Shown here: positions 1 to 12,990 of the stretch, piece by piece
How positions within the stretch are numbered: the first letter of the stretch is position 1
Layout: each line of letters begins with the position of its first letter
DNA from: Diplonema japonicum
Lineage: Eukaryota; Protista; Euglenozoa: Diplonemea
Direction: 5' to 3'
Assembly: GCA_964019335.1 (NCBI GenBank)
Contig: OZ025689.1
Coordinates: 124,001 to 188,000, forward strand
DNA: 64,000 bases
Program-made: the position numbers and the translations under genes
The notes under the pieces: generated by a model
Seen by the model: only the letters and a program-made list of their open reading frames with translations
Told to the model about the DNA's origin: nothing
The model's database searches: none

Positions 1-859
1 GGTTGTCTAAAAGAACATTTTGAAGCTCTTTAAACCGTGTAATAAGGGAAGGAAAGCCTTCCATCTCACAGTCGTCTGCTACATGCAGATCAACACTGAC
101 GCTGGCCTTCCCGTACGAAGCGATAGTTTTTTTTAATATGTTGAGAGTGTCGCCCACCGTTTCTGCGAGGGTAGCGTAGTCGTAGCTGTCCGTCTCGTCG
201 GGTGTGTCGGGGTCTTCATCGTCGATGTCCTCGCTGTCGGCGTTGTCGTCTCCGAAGGAGAATTTTTTGTTTGCGATGTAATCGTTGATCCCTGTGAGGG
301 AGTCCTCCCAGGAGTTGATGGTGAGGTAGTTCTTAACGTCATCTAATATTCTGTCGATGGCGAGGGACTTCGTCAGTTCTTTGAATCTTTCTTCGTTCTC
401 GCCGTCCAGTGTGTTCGAGTCGAACATCTCAAGCTCTTGAGAGCTGCCGTCCGACAGCGACAAAGACGTTTCCTCAACACACGCGTCTAGTTCTTGTTGT
501 GCTGCTTGAACAAGTTCCTCTCGTGAGTTGAATTTTACGCAGCTTTTTGCTCGTTGAGTTGTCCCGAATCCCATTTGTTTAAACTGCTGTTCGATGCACT
601 CGTAAGGGTTTCCTTCGTTGTTCTCCGCGCATTGCAGCATAGCCGCCTCGAGGCTCTCGCACACGCGGGTTCTTCTTAAGTATTTGTCGGCTTCGCGGTC
701 TGTGTAGGAGCCTTTATTGTGGACGCATTCGGCCACCCAAGTGTGGTGGTCGTCTGGTCTTTCCTTTGACAGGCCCTCTATCACGTTAGCATACAGCTGG
801 TTGAGGTTGTGTTGCCGCACGTATGCTTTGTGTTCTTCTGGTGAATTTAGTATCCGCAT
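1..859 (-). CDS. Protein with N-terminal RIIa/Dpy-30-like dimerisation-docking motif; 3' end runs off the window
   Basis: ATG at 859 opens MRILNSPEEHKAYVRQHNLNQLYANVIEGLSKERPDDHHTWVAECVH..., open to position 1. It is absent from the ORF track because there is no stop. The Y..+HN+..L...+...L..ERP.D pattern resembles D/D domains. Confidence 0.6.
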   Translation of the reverse strand, partial: MRILNSPEEHKAYVRQHNLNQLYANVIEGLSKERPDDHHTWVAECVHNKGSYTDREADKYLRRTRVCESLEAAMLQCAENNEGNPYECIEQQFKQMGFGTTQRAKSCVKFNSREELVQAAQQELDACVEETSLSLSDGSSQELEMFDSNTLDGENEERFKELTKSLAIDRILDDVKNYLTINSWEDSLTGINDYIANKKFSFGDDNADSEDIDDEDPDTPDETDSYDYATLAETVGDTLNILKKTIASYGKASVSVDLHVADDCEMEGFPSLITRFKELQNVLLDN

Positions 860-1223
860 TTTCTTTTTTTTTCTTTTCTAGGGGGATTTTTTTTTTTTCC
901 CCTCCCCCTCCACCTTCTTGAGATTTTGAAAAAGGTTTTGTTTTTTTTGTGGGGGGGGGAGAATATGTCTAACTATGGTCTTTTGGTAAGCTTGCGAGAC
1001 TTTGACCGAAAGTGGTCGAAAAAAAGAAGAAAAAAAACAAAAAAGGATGTTCCCCCCCTTTCTTTTTCTTCTTTTTTCTACAAGCCAAAAAGAGGTATTT
1101 ACAGAAAGACCAATGATTCATCCGGTTTTTGTTTTTTTTTTTTTTTCTTTTGTGAAAAAATAGTCTTTCCCCCTCCCCCCCCCCCTTTTTTTTTCTTCTC
1201 ATTCGATTGAAAGCTAGTTTGTA

Positions 1224-1256
<33 letters not shown>

Positions 1257-1434
1257 ACTGGAGGAAAAAAAAAAAAAAAATTAGCATGGAATAAACCCTG
1301 TCCCGATAAAGTCTTTTTACACCTATTGCTCTGGGGCAGGTAATCGCTTTTACGGGTAGTGGTAAGGCTAGTTATTCCTTTTTTTTTTTTTTTCCTATCT
1401 TTTTTTTTTTCTTCTTCTTTTTTTTTTCCTTCAT

Positions 1435-2099
1435 TTAATTCACCTCTCCCCGAAGGAGCGCGAAGTAGGAGTGGAGAGATGTTGTTGCGATAACCGAGGT
1501 GGGTACCTCTGGGGTGGGTGTAATGAAACAAACATGAGAAACATGTGGTTGGAGGTAAATGGCAACAGGGAGAGAGCTGTCGACAGCTATGGCAGGCCGG
1601 GGGGAGCCGAGGAGCTGTCGGTAGATAGCCTTCTTACCGATCTCAGTAGAACAGAACAGGAGTCTATGGGAGGGGAAAGGCTTTGCAAACGGAATTCTCG
1701 CCATGCCCGCCCTCACCAAATCCTCTTTGTCGGTGTCGTCCTCAATCTGCATCACAAAATACAGGTCACAGTCTTCAGCAAGTGTCACCAACTCGTCAGC
1801 ATCTTCCTTAAAAATTACAAACTTCCCCTCTGTAAACCGGCCTACTGCCTCGACTCCTATGACCACTTTCCAACCTTTTAAATTTGCCTCACCGACGTCT
1901 GTAAGTTCATCCGGTGACTGGGAGCCGGTAGAGACCGATGAAGGGGCATTCCGCCTTCCATGGTGCGGTACGCTGGATGTATCTAAAAATCAATACAAAA
2001 AAAAAAAGAAATTAAAAAAAAAAAAATCATACTTTTAATCAAATACCTCACCCCTATTATGGTCACCGCCGCTGCGCCGAGCGTTGCCACCCATTTCAT
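1435..2099 (-). CDS. PEX22: Peroxin PEX22-like protein; intron 1983-2032
   Basis: Spliced N-terminus MKWVATLGAAAVTIIGVRYLIKN (membrane anchor) joins in frame to the 1435-1866 ORF. That ORF has HRLLFCSTEIGKKAIYRQL, the plant-type PEX22 motif. Confidence 0.7.
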
Positions 2100-2182
2100 T
2101 TTTTTTTTAAACTCCCTTCCTTTGCAAACCATCAAGATGAGAACGAAAAAAAAGGGGGAGGGGGGGAGAAATCTTTCTCGTT

Positions 2183-2527
2183 TTACATGTAAGGTCCCTT
2201 TGTGGTATAACTCGCAGTTTCTCCCGTTTTGTTGCGCACTAGACTGTTATTCTGGTCCAGCAGGGAGTCCAGCCCGTTGGACGCCATTTGCATTGCCTCG
2301 CTGATGTCCTTTTTATCTTTTAACTGCATGTTGGTTCTGTACAGCCGCCTCACTTCGTGTCGCACTGATGCTCTTCTTATAGAAGGCCAAATTCTAAGCT
2401 CTCTGAGCACCTCTTTGTAAACGTTGAGGACGTGCCGCTTCCTCTCTGCCTCCGACTGTGGCTTGAACTGCAGTAAGCGATCGAGAGATCTCTTCCCTGC
2501 ATTCCTGAATGACGTGCCAAAATTCAT
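2183..2527 (-). CDS. LYR-motif (Complex1_LYR-like) small mitochondrial protein
   Basis: VLNVYKEVLRELRIWP...VRHEVRRLYRTN...D...I pattern typical of LYRM proteins. Confidence 0.6.
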   Translation of the reverse strand: MNFGTSFRNAGKRSLDRLLQFKPQSEAERKRHVLNVYKEVLRELRIWPSIRRASVRHEVRRLYRTNMQLKDKKDISEAMQMASNGLDSLLDQNNSLVRNKTGETASYTTKGPYM

Positions 2528-2847
2528 TCTGCTGGCTGAGAGGGGGGTTGACAGTTTAGAAAAATTGCAAGCAAATAAAAAAAAAATCGTCTTTTTTTTT
2601 CTTTAAACATGAAGAACCAAAAAAAAAAAAAAAAAGGGAGAAAAAATACGAGAGGGAGTTTGTTTTAGAAAAAAAAAAAAAGGAAAAAAAAAAGGAGGAG
2701 AAAAAAAAAAAAAAACCAATGTTTCTTTTTTTTTTTTTTGTTTTTTTTTTTTTTTGTTCCCCTGTTTTTTTTTCCTTTTTTTTTTCTTCTTCGAAAAAAT
2801 ACGGACTTCTTGGGGGAGAAAATTCTGGTGACAGTTCTTTTTTTTTC

Positions 2848-2880
<33 letters not shown>

Positions 2881-3417
2881 CTTTTAAATTCCTCGCAGTG
2901 GTGGAACAACAAGATATATCAGCTGAAAGAAAAAGGGAGAAAGGTTTATTCTTAGTTTGTCTTTTCCCTTTCAAAGAGAAAAGAAAAAAAGAAGAAAAAA
3001 ACAACCACACGCCGGTACATTAAACCTTCTCTTGTTTTCTCTCCCTTCAACTCTTGTTTTGCACCCTCTGTGCATGCAAGGACAAAGAAAACTTAAAAAA
3101 ATTCAAATAAAAAATAAAGGCTTCACTCCAGGGGTTTCCTTTTCCCCGTTGTTTTTTTTTTTTTTAAAGCTTATTTTACAAATTTCTTCTGTATAAAAAT
3201 ATAAAAAAAAAGGGAGGGGAGAGTGGGGGAATAAAAAAAAAAAAAGAAAAATGGAAATTACGAACCTCGACCCGTTGTGAGTGAGGGGTATGACGAAAAA
3301 GAAAAAAAAATAGAAAAAAACCTAAATAAAAAAGTGGATATTCTTTTTTTTTTTTTTTAATCAGAAGAAACTTTTATCTTTTGCTAGAGCGTTTCTAACA
3401 ACCCACTGCCCCACTAT

Positions 3418-4718
3418 CTACTGGTGGCGCTTCATGAACTCGTGCATGAACCTCTGTACCTCCTGGATGTGCTCGATGGGCTGGGGGTTGTACATGGTGA
3501 CCCTAATGGCGTCCGAGGGGATGCCGAGAGGGTGCGACCTGATGTCCAACCACCCCATCTCGGTGGAGGCCTCGTGAAGGAAGAGGTTCACAAGTTCCTG
3601 GTTCTTCTGGGTGGTCCCGTCACCGATGGTGAAGACGACCTGCATCCTGGACCTGTACCTCTCATCAGTCACGAAGGTGTTGTAGAAGCCCTTCGACTCG
3701 TCGCATGTGTCGTACAGAAGCCTAGACCTCCTCTTCGCGAGGTCCTCGAAGAAGTCCATTCCACCCCTCTCCTTCATCCAGTCGAGGGTGAGCTCAGCCA
3801 TCCACACAGACAGGATCACAGGGACGTTCCAGATCTTGTTGGGGGCGTCGTTGAAGACCTTCCACCTGCACATAGTAGGGGTGTGCGGGAGGATCGTGTC
3901 GGCGGTGATGAGGTCCTTCCTGATCACGGCAAGGCAGAACCCGGCTGTGCTGAAGTTCTTGTGTGCCGCGGCGTACACCATCCCGTACTTGCTGAAGTCG
4001 ACCTTCTTCGACCCGAGGTCCGCACTCTGGTCGGAGATGAGGGGCATCCCCTCAGGGACCACCTCGTAAGGGAAGTCGATGAACTCGAACCCCTGACGTG
4101 TGTCAGCAGACGTGTAGTGCATGTACACACCGTCCTTGTTGATCTTCCAATCCTTCGGCTCCGGGACCGTGAAGTACAGCCCTGTCTCGTCCTCGGCCGT
4201 CCTGTGCACCTTGCAGTACAGCTCCGCCTCGCGCGACGCCTTTTCGGACCAGTGCCCGTTCATGATGTAGTTCGCCACCTTCGGCCCAGTGGGGTTTGTC
4301 GGCTGTGCCCCACCCATCAAGTTCATGGGGATCGCTGCGAACTGCAGTGTCGCCCCACCGTTGAAGAAGAAGATCTCGTGCGTGTCAGGGATGTCCAGCA
4401 TCTCCTTGAACTTCGTCTCCGTCGCGTCCTGCACCTCGTGGAACCAGCCAGTGCGGTACCCGAGCTCCGCAACGCTGATCGACTTCCCCTTCCAGTTCGC
4501 GAACTCCTTCTGCGCCCTCTCCAAGACCTCGATAGGGAGAGCAGCGTTCCCCGCAGACAGGTTCATCACCCTCCCTGTCGCAGGCACCTCAGCGTACTTC
4601 ACATCAAGCGGGGCGTCCGCAACCTCTGCAGGTAAGGGTGTAAGGATGTTTAGATAACTAAAAAAAAATAACACATACTGGACGCCATCCTCCTCTGAAT
4701 GCCCCTGAAAGCCTTCAT
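3418..4718 (-). CDS. serC: Phosphoserine aminotransferase-like (class V PLP enzyme), copy 1; intron 4626-4678; probable mitochondrial presequence
   Basis: Motifs MNLSAGNAALP, GGATLQFAAIPMNL, YAAAHKNFSTAG (PLP lysine), RSRMQVVF and IRVTMYN. Exon 1 MKAFRGIQRRMAS joins through a GTATGT...CTGCAG intron. Confidence 0.9.
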
Positions 4719-4914
4719 TTTCTTATGTGTTGTGATAAAGGTGTGTTCTTTTGTTAATAACCTTTGTTGTGAATGGAGATGTGTAATCGAAAGATCGCTC
4801 TAAAAACTGTTATAGGACACAGCACGACCCTTTGCTGCGCAAGATAACGGGGAAGGGTTAATGGGGGTGCCTGGGCGGTCCCAGCGATCTGGCAACCCTA
4901 AAAAAAACAAGAAA

Positions 4915-7900
4915 TAACTCAAAGTACAGGACAAGCCGCTAGAGGGCCGCCCCATGGGAGGGGGGGGTCTATCTGTTAATACTCCCCTTCTGGAGCATTG
5001 CTTTCATCCCGATCGTGGCTGTGAGCGTCTTGCGAAGTCGAGTGATGCGATCCCGCTTGTAGGCGGCCTTCAAATCCATCAGCTTGTCGTGCGTGGACTG
5101 GGTAGCAAAAATGGGCCTCCTGGAGAAGCCTATAGCTGCCTTTCCTCCTATGGCGATGAGGGATTTCACCCTTTTCTGCTCATCCGCTGGGAAGGGGCGT
5201 CGCTTCTTCCGTGCCCTGCACGCTGCGTTTATCTTTACGATTAGGGCCTTGATTCTGCGTGCCCTATCTTCCAGCAGGCCTCCTAATGATTTACCGGTCG
5301 TCCATTCGAAGTCAATGGCTAGCTCCACCGCCGACACCTCCGAGGTGGTGTCCTTCTCCACCCAGCGCAGCTGTGACAACCATTGTAGCAGCGGGTTCAG
5401 GTACTGGGACAGGACCCCACTCACTCCCTCGAGCTCGCCTGCTATCGGAACGGGGCATCTCTTTCCTACTACATTTCGTTCCCACGGTAGCGGCTGTGTG
5501 TTGACGTCCTCCTTCTGCATGAGCTCCACGTCCCGCTTCTCAACCACCACGGCCAAGTATCGTTGCAGTTTTTCCAGGTATGCAAAGGCACGTCCTCTCG
5601 GCAGTATTGCGTGTAGCTCAAGACACAGGGGCCATCCCGTCCTGTCGCGCAGCGGTTCCAAACCGTCCTGTGCCAGCTCGTCCCGTGCACACTCGTAGAG
5701 CTGATGGCGGAGTAAGGTTACCGTGTCCGGGTGTGGAGACTCACACAGGTCACACCTGAACCCTTGTGTGCGTGGTACTTCCGTCGTTGGGACGTGGTCT
5801 ATGCTGTCCCCGTCTTCCCGTGCCATCTCCTTCTGGTGCCAGAGGGACGCTCCTTTGACTCGTATCTGCATGCGGGCTAAGGTGAGGGGACCCCTCCGGC
5901 GATCACCCGTCTCAGGCAGTAGGACATGAGTGGTCCTTGGCTGTCTTCCACAGTTGGTTGGTTTTGGGATCCGCTCCCGCCTCCATCCCCTTCACTGTTC
6001 TTTCGTTCGCCAGTGCTCCGGGCTTTCCTCACCGCGTCCCTAAAGGCGTGCCCGCGCTCGGCCCAGGGTTTGTTCCTACAGTCTAGCAGTTGCGTCCAAC
6101 TCCACCCTATGTAGGGGAGCCACTGACAGATCAGGTTGCCTACTGGCCCCATTGGGATGGACCCCGTGCCGCACCCCGCAGCGATCCGTGTGCATCTCTG
6201 TCGCAGTCTCTCGTCGTCAAGCGCTCTGGACACTACCTTCAGGGAGTGGTATATCACATTGGAGAGGGGGTCGCTGGTGTGCCCCTTCAAGAGGACCGTG
6301 TTGACCGCGGTTGGAGATCGTCCACGATGATGCGGGCCCCACAGATTGCATGTTACCCTCGTTGACAACTTCTTGAGTGTCTCGTCACATGGGGGAGAGA
6401 ACGGCCCGCTGTGGCATGACGGGAGTACTGTCGTGCTGACCATGTGTGCTTTGGTCTCGAAAGCTAATCTCGTGCACCCTAGCCGGTCTAGTGAGTCAAG
6501 TGCATCCGTGGATGGTTCCATTTCGTTCCTGTCCTGCGCGTGTTGATCCTCACGCCAAGCCCTTTGAGGTTCGTCACTGTCTTGTAAGGTACAGCAACTA
6601 CCGAGCCTTTCCTATTCGCCGTACGGTCTCCCACGACTCTCGACTTGTAACCCTCTGCGGTGCCAAAGCCAACCGTCTTTTCCTCGTTGACCTTCATGCC
6701 AGTCAGGTCGCAGAACTCCAGAGTCCCTTCGACCGCTGCTTGTAGGGAGTCGCGTAGCTTCGCTAACAGGTAAGCGTCGTCAGCATATGCTAGCACCTCG
6801 GCGTCCGGCGCTACTTGCTCGATGGCCCGTATCATGATGGACAGCAGGGCGTTGATGACAATGACCGACAACGGGCACCCTTGGAGGATTCCGTTTGTGG
6901 CCTCAAACGTGTCACCTACTCCAATGGGGTACTTGAACCTCCTTGTGATCTGGGAATACATCCCCTGGAGTGCTTTTCCTATGGATTCGTCCATCCCCAG
7001 GGCGTTCATGAAGTCAAGTGACAGCTGTTGTGGGACTAGGTCGAAGCACTTTCGAAAATCCAGGGCTAGTCCCTCCAGAGGCTCTCCTTCCACCAAAGCC
7101 AGCTCCAGCTTGGTATACAGTTCCATGAGGGCTGTTGTCGTACTGTGCTTGGGCCTAAACCCGTGCTGTCTCGGCGTGATCCAACGTTCCTGCCAGTCAA
7201 GGACATCCTTCAGCCTCGTACACGCCCACAAGCGATAGATGGTGCTGTCACTGTGATGGGTCGGTGGTTCAGCGGTGCTGACCCTTCACCCTTTGGTATC
7301 AGTGACACCAGGGCTGTCGTGATCTGTCTCGGCCACTGGCCTGTCTCCTCAATCAGGTTGAAGAGGTCTGCGAAGGCCTTCAGGATGCTCACCGGGAGAC
7401 GTTTCAGCTCACTCATTCGCCAGCCGTCTACGCCACAGGCTCCCTTCTCCGGCTTCTTTTTGACCACTTCTCTTAGCCGCTCTGCTGTGATCGGGGTCCG
7501 CGTCATTGGGGTTTTCTTGATTAAGTCCCTGTAGCGTTGTGCGAATCGTTCGTACTGCGGCTCGTCTTCTGGTGTCCGCGCAGAAAAGTGCCCGACCAAG
7601 CATCCCGCATCACCTCGTCCATCTTCCGTAGGTTTGCGGTCACCCCGCCGTCTGCTGTCTCAACCACATCTGTCTTCTGGTTTGGGCGGTCTCTGACCCA
7701 GGCCGTGATGTGTCTGCGCTCCTTCCCAAAGTCTGAGCGTATTGAACGTTCGTATGCTTTCGCCTGCATGTTCTTGCGTTGTAGGAGCAGCTCCGATAAC
7801 ATTCCCTAGACGAGCGTAGTCTTCAGCTATTTCCAGCTCTCCCCTGATGCTATCAATACTCCCTGCCGCGTCGATCTTGCAGAACTCGACCTTCAGCTCT

Positions 7901-8700
7901 TCCCCCAACGTTGTAATGTTCCTGAGTGTGTTCCGTACCTCTACTGGGAGCGGCCCGCAGTGCCCGCCCTCATAGAGCTTTAACATTTGCTGTTTTGCGC
8001 TTCGGATTTTGAGCTTCAACTTCTCAAGTCGTTGTTGTCGATTTGTTGCCGCCCCAACTGCCGACTCCGTAGACCTCGCACTCAGCTCCGACTTCGTAGG
8101 CTCCCGTACCTTGCCTCTCCCGAACCTTGCCTCTCCCGAACCCTGCCTCTCCCGGTGTATACGCTGCGCACCGGACCCACGTATCCATGTAGTACTAAGG
8201 AAGGCTGGGATGTTGAGTGTTACCGACAGGCATCGGTGGTCCGACCCGGAGATAGCCTCGTTTACTCCACAATGTTCGAGCCCCTGGGCCGCGATGTTGT
8301 TCAACAGTACCCTATCCACCCGCGTACTGCAGTTGGTTCTGACAAGCGTGCTCTCTACCTGCACTCCATCCCTCCGAGCACAGAATGCAGCGGCGTCTAC
8401 CCAGTCCGTCTGTAAAGCCCTCCTTAGCGTGGCGGAACGGGTTTCGTCCGTTGTTGAAGTCACCCATCACGGCCACCGGCACGTCTCCCAGCTCGAACTT
8501 GAGTCGGTGTAGTAGGTAATGGAGAAGCTCCTCACGGTACTTCGCCTTCGTCGGGTCCTGTCCTGAGTGGCAGTATACATTCACCAGATGAAGCCATCGC
8601 TTGTTCCCATCAAGTGAGATTTTCACGTGTGACCATCTGTCCTTGTGCGCCCAGTCGTTTCACAGACCACCGCTGTCCGTGGTTTTTTCACAAAGGTAGG
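4915..8700 (-). mobile_element. Non-LTR retrotransposon (APE endonuclease, RT, CCHC), 5'-truncated and frameshifted; family A
   Basis: APE motifs LVNVY, VMGDFN, RVDRV, SDH (7660-8626). RT motifs QHGFRP, LDFRKCFD, GILQGCPLS, YADD (6488-7231). Zinc finger CDLC...H...C (4969-5871). T-rich 3' tail. Confidence 0.92.
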
Positions 8701-9405
8701 AGAAATAAAAAATAATAAATTTGTATTTAAACGAGAAACAAAAGGTGAGAGGGAGGAGGAGAGGGGCGGGGAGGGAACAAAGAAAAAAGAAGCCGGTCAC
8801 ATAAATCGTTGCCAGTATCAAGAAGTCCACACTTATGTCCCTCTTCTCGCTTTTCACGGGTGCAGCAATACAGGCGATCTCGAGTGGGATAGCTGGCACT
8901 CCATTTCTCAAAATGAGGAAATTAATTTCCTACACATCACGTCACGCGCACAAACAGAATAGAAATGGAGTCCTCCCCCCCCTCGATCCCTGTTGTCTTT
9001 TCTTCTTCTTTTACACCTAATCTTTGTTCACGCTCAAGAGAATAAGGTTCTCCCTTTTTCTTTTTTTAATTATTTTTTTTTTTTAATTCTCCAAACGAAA
9101 GAGTAAATTCAATGCCCGCTCATAGCAAAACATTGCGAAAGGTCCTTTCAAAGGCACATGTTGATTAGATACACACCCCATCAATTTTCTTTTAGTTTTA
9201 ATATTCAGCTTTCCGTAATACAAAAAAAATAAAAAAGCCCGAGGAGAAGTAGAAGACACAAAAAAACAAAAAACAGAAAAGAAATTACAAACCTCGACCC
9301 GTTGTGAGTGAGGGATATGACGAAAAAAAATAATAGAAAAAAAATAAAATAAAATAGAGCCTACGGGCTTTTTTCATTTCCTTTTCTCACTCTCTTTAGT
9401 ACTAT

Positions 9406-10706
9406 CTACTGGTGGCGCTTCATGAACTCGTGCATGAACCTCTGTACCTCCTGGATGTGCTCGATGGGCTGGGGGTTGTACATGGTGACCCTAATGGCGT
9501 CCGAGGGGATGCCGAGAGGGTGCGACCTGATGTCCAACCACCCCATCTCGGTGGAGGCCTCGTGAAGGAAGAGGTTCACAAGTTCCTGGTTCTTCTGGGT
9601 GGTCCCGTCACCGATGGTGAAGACGACCTGCATCCTGGACCTGTACCTCTCATCAGTCACGAAGGTGTTGTAGAAGCCCTTCGACTCGTCGCATGTGTCG
9701 TACAGAAGCCTAGACCTCCTCTTCGCGAGGTCCTCGAAGAAGTCCATTCCACCCCTCTCCTTCATCCAGTCGAGGGTGAGCTCAGCCATCCACACAGACA
9801 GGATCACAGGGACGTTCCAGATCTTGTTGGGGGCGTCGTTGAAGACCTTCCACCTGCACATAGTAGGGGTGTGCGGGAGGATCGTGTCGGCGGTGATGAG
9901 GTCCTTCCTGATCACGGCAAGGCAGAACCCGGCTGTGCTGAAGTTCTTGTGTGCCGCGGCGTACACCATCCCGTACTTGCTGAAGTCGACCTTCTTCGAC
10001 CCGAGGTCCGCACTCTGGTCGGAGATGAGGGGCATCCCCTCAGGGACCACCTCGTAAGGGAAGTCGATGAACTCGAACCCCTGACGTGTGTCAGCAGACG
10101 TGTAGTGCATGTACACACCGTCCTTGTTGATCTTCCAATCCTTCGGCTCCGGGACCGTGAAGTACAGCCCTGTCTCGTCCTCGGCCGTCCTGTGCACCTT
10201 GCAGTACAGCTCCGCCTCGCGCGACGCCTTTTCGGACCAGTGCCCGTTCATGATGTAGTTCGCCACCTTCGGCCCAGTGGGGTTTGTCGGCTGTGCCCCA
10301 CCCATCAAGTTCATGGGGATCGCTGCGAACTGCAGTGTCGCCCCACCGTTGAAGAAGAAGATCTCGTGCGTGTCAGGGATGTCCAGCATCTCCTTGAACT
10401 TCGTCTCCGTCGCGTCCTGCACCTCGTGGAACCAGCCAGTGCGGTACCCGAGCTCCGCAACGCTGATCGACTTCCCCTTCCAGTTCGCGAACTCCTTCTG
10501 CGCCCTCTCCAAGACCTCGATAGGGAGAGCAGCGTTCCCCGCAGACAGGTTCATCACCCTCCCTGTCGCAGGCACCTCAGCGTACTTCACATCAAGCGGG
10601 GCGTCCGCAACCTCTGCAGGTAAGGGTGTAAGGATGTTTAGATAACTAAAAAAAAATAACACATACTGGACGCCATCCTCCTCTGAATGCCCCTGAAAGC
10701 CTTCAT
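9406..10706 (-). CDS. serC: Phosphoserine aminotransferase-like, copy 2; intron 10614-10666
   Basis: Same protein and intron as copy 1 at an offset of 5988 nt. Confidence 0.9.
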
Positions 10707-11220
10707 TTTCTTATGTGTTGTGATAAAGGTGTGTTCTTTTGTTAATAACCTTTGTTGTGGGATGGTGGTTCTATTTCTTCTTTTGTTTAGAACAGCAAGA
10801 ATGTCAAAACAGTTTCGTGTTACGAACAAAAAGTGAACAGCACCTAGTCGCCGTTCTGCCCACTTTGGGCACCGCAAGCGTTAGAGTTTAGAAGCTTTTT
10901 TAAAAAGAGGGTCCTTCCCCTCTTCTCGTAAAGTTGCTAATAATGAATAAGTTCAATGGTTGTATTTATGTTCCTCTCCCTTTGACCCGCTCCCTCCAAC
11001 AGGGACAAAAAGAGATTCACAAAAAATGATATGATTCTTTATGTAAATGTTTATGGTTCCTTTTCTTTTTTTTTTTTCCTCTCTCTCTTCCTATCGTATT
11101 CTTTAAAAATCGGAAGGGCAGAGAAAAAAAAGAACGAAAGGTCCCCCCCCCCTACCTGGATGCCCCGCTTGATACGTGCCGGCAAAACAAAGAAGAAAAT
11201 TCTAAAAAAGAAGAAAAAAA

Positions 11221-11262
11221 GAGACATTTAAGGGGAACCTGCAGCATGTGGCAGGACCCCTC
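11221..11262 (-). repeat. ~42-nt stem-loop retroposon tail, family D
   Basis: GAGGGGTCCTGCCACATGCTGCAGGTTCCCCTTAAATGTCTC followed by a T-run. Related copies at 14781, 47274 and 50679. Confidence 0.7.
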
Positions 11263-11448
11263 AAAAAAAAAGAAGTGAAGTTGAAAAGAAAAAAAGGGGG
11301 GGGGGGAAGAATTTCTTGAAGCTCCCAAGCAAAGAAAAAAAAAAGCTCTCAAAAAAGCTTCAAAAAAGAAAATCAGTAATCAAAGAAAAAAACTATTCGT
11401 TATTTTTTTTCTTTCTTGCGCTGCCCAACTTGCTGCAAGAAAAAAAAA

Positions 11449-12925
11449 CCATTCTTTTATGCGTTTTTGCGCTCACCGGCCGAGCTGCGCTTAGTCCCCG
11501 TTGTCCCCGTTCTGGGGGCTCTGGCGGGTTCCTACTGCGGTGGTCAAACTGCGGGGCAGCCTTGTCGGAGTCTGCGACAGGTACCTGTCCCGCAAGCCTC
11601 ATGGTTCGTTCCCGCCACGGGTAAGCATATGTCTGCAGTGCGCGGTTCGCATCCGCCGCTGCATCCCTCGACTACCTCCAGCAGGTACTTCTGCACCAGT
11701 AAGGCCCTTGGCTTGTCTTGGCAGCCTCTGGGCACCACCCCATGGAGCCTCGTCGCCTTCGGCATAGCTGCCGGGTCCAGGTTCGCGTACTCCATCTTGC
11801 TCTGCACCGCGTCACCCGGCTCGCATCGCCAGAGGGCGTGCTCCAGCACCTCCGTGTAGCTGCCGAACCGTTCCTCACACACGTCGCAGAGGTGCTGCAG
11901 CGGGTTGTTCGGTTCCTGCGCCACGCCCCGCGCTCCCGGGTAGACCGCAAACACCGCTCCTGCAATCAGCCTCCTCAATCGGTACGCCGCCACTGGGTTG
12001 CCCGAGAGTGACCTCCACCACACGTTCGTGTCCGGGTCGGCTCCTTCCGGCATGCCGTCGTAGGAGTCCCTGTCTGCTAGCTCGGCTGCCGTCATGGCCC
12101 TCGCCACCCGACGGATCTCGTGCTTGCGCTCGCGTTCCGGCATGGCACCCAGCCCCATCACGAAATTCCAGCCTTTCCCGATCGCCTGCAGCCATCTTCT
12201 CATCAGGGTCCCCACTGGCTCCAGGGCTTCAATATCGCACTCCCGGTACAGGGCGGCACACCTCCCCATCCGGTCCCACAGCTCCGTATCCGACCCGCCT
12301 ACCTTCACCACTGTGCACAGCAGTCGGTAAAGCGTCACCACCAGCGGGTCCGTCGTGTGCCCTGGCAGCAAGACGTTCGCAACAGCACACGGCGAGCGCA
12401 TCTTGAACTTCGGTCCCCAGAGGCACGTCGCAACACTCGCTCGGATTGTACCCGCATCCATTTTCGAGGGGGGTGCATAGGCAACACCGTAGAGGCAGGA
12501 GGGGAGAATGGAGCTGGTGAGGATCCTCGCCTTCTGTGTGAACCCCAGCGGCATGGCGGCCAGTCTCCCGCAAGCGCGTCCCATCGCCTCAAGGGGCTTC
12601 GCCCTGTGCTCGCCGTCCATACATACCCGGACTCCCAGGACGCTGATCTCCTTTTTGGCTGTGAGCACCTCACGTCCGCACTTCACCGTTCCGTGCTCTG
12701 CCGTTGTAAACATGTCCGTCTTCTTCAGGTTGAGGTTCATCCCTGTCAGCAGAGAGAACTCGCACACCCCCGCTGCCGCCTTCTCCAGCGCGCTGAGCAG
12801 AGCTGCTATCAAGTAGACGTCGTCCGCGTATGACAGGGAATCAGCGCCGGGCACCTCCGCCATGATGGCCTTCACCATCACCCCTACCAGCGCGTTCACC
12901 ATCACCACCGAGATCGGGCACCCAG
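11449..12925 (-). mobile_element. 5'-truncated non-LTR retrotransposon, family B (RT C-terminal half plus CCHC)
   Basis: Begins at GCPISVVMVN, has YADD and CDVC...H...C in the intact 454-aa ORF. Both junctions lie in T-runs of the minus strand. Confidence 0.9.
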
Positions 12926-12990
12926 AAAAAAAAAGAAAACATAAAAAAAAGCAGATAAATTGACCAAAAAAAGAAAGAAAAAAAAAAAAA

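Noticed and set aside
926-3200. Poly-Lys/Phe/Gly ORFs here and in other spacers
   Set aside because: Translations of homopolymer runs.
3424-4635. 403-aa plus-strand ORF (duplicated at 9412-10623) and other long antisense ORFs
   Set aside because: Shadows of GC3-rich genes on the opposite strand with no recognisable motifs.
4918-4932. CTGTACTTT in the family A tail resembling the euglenozoan spliced-leader 3' end
   Set aside because: Only 9 nt match, and no SL gene context is present.
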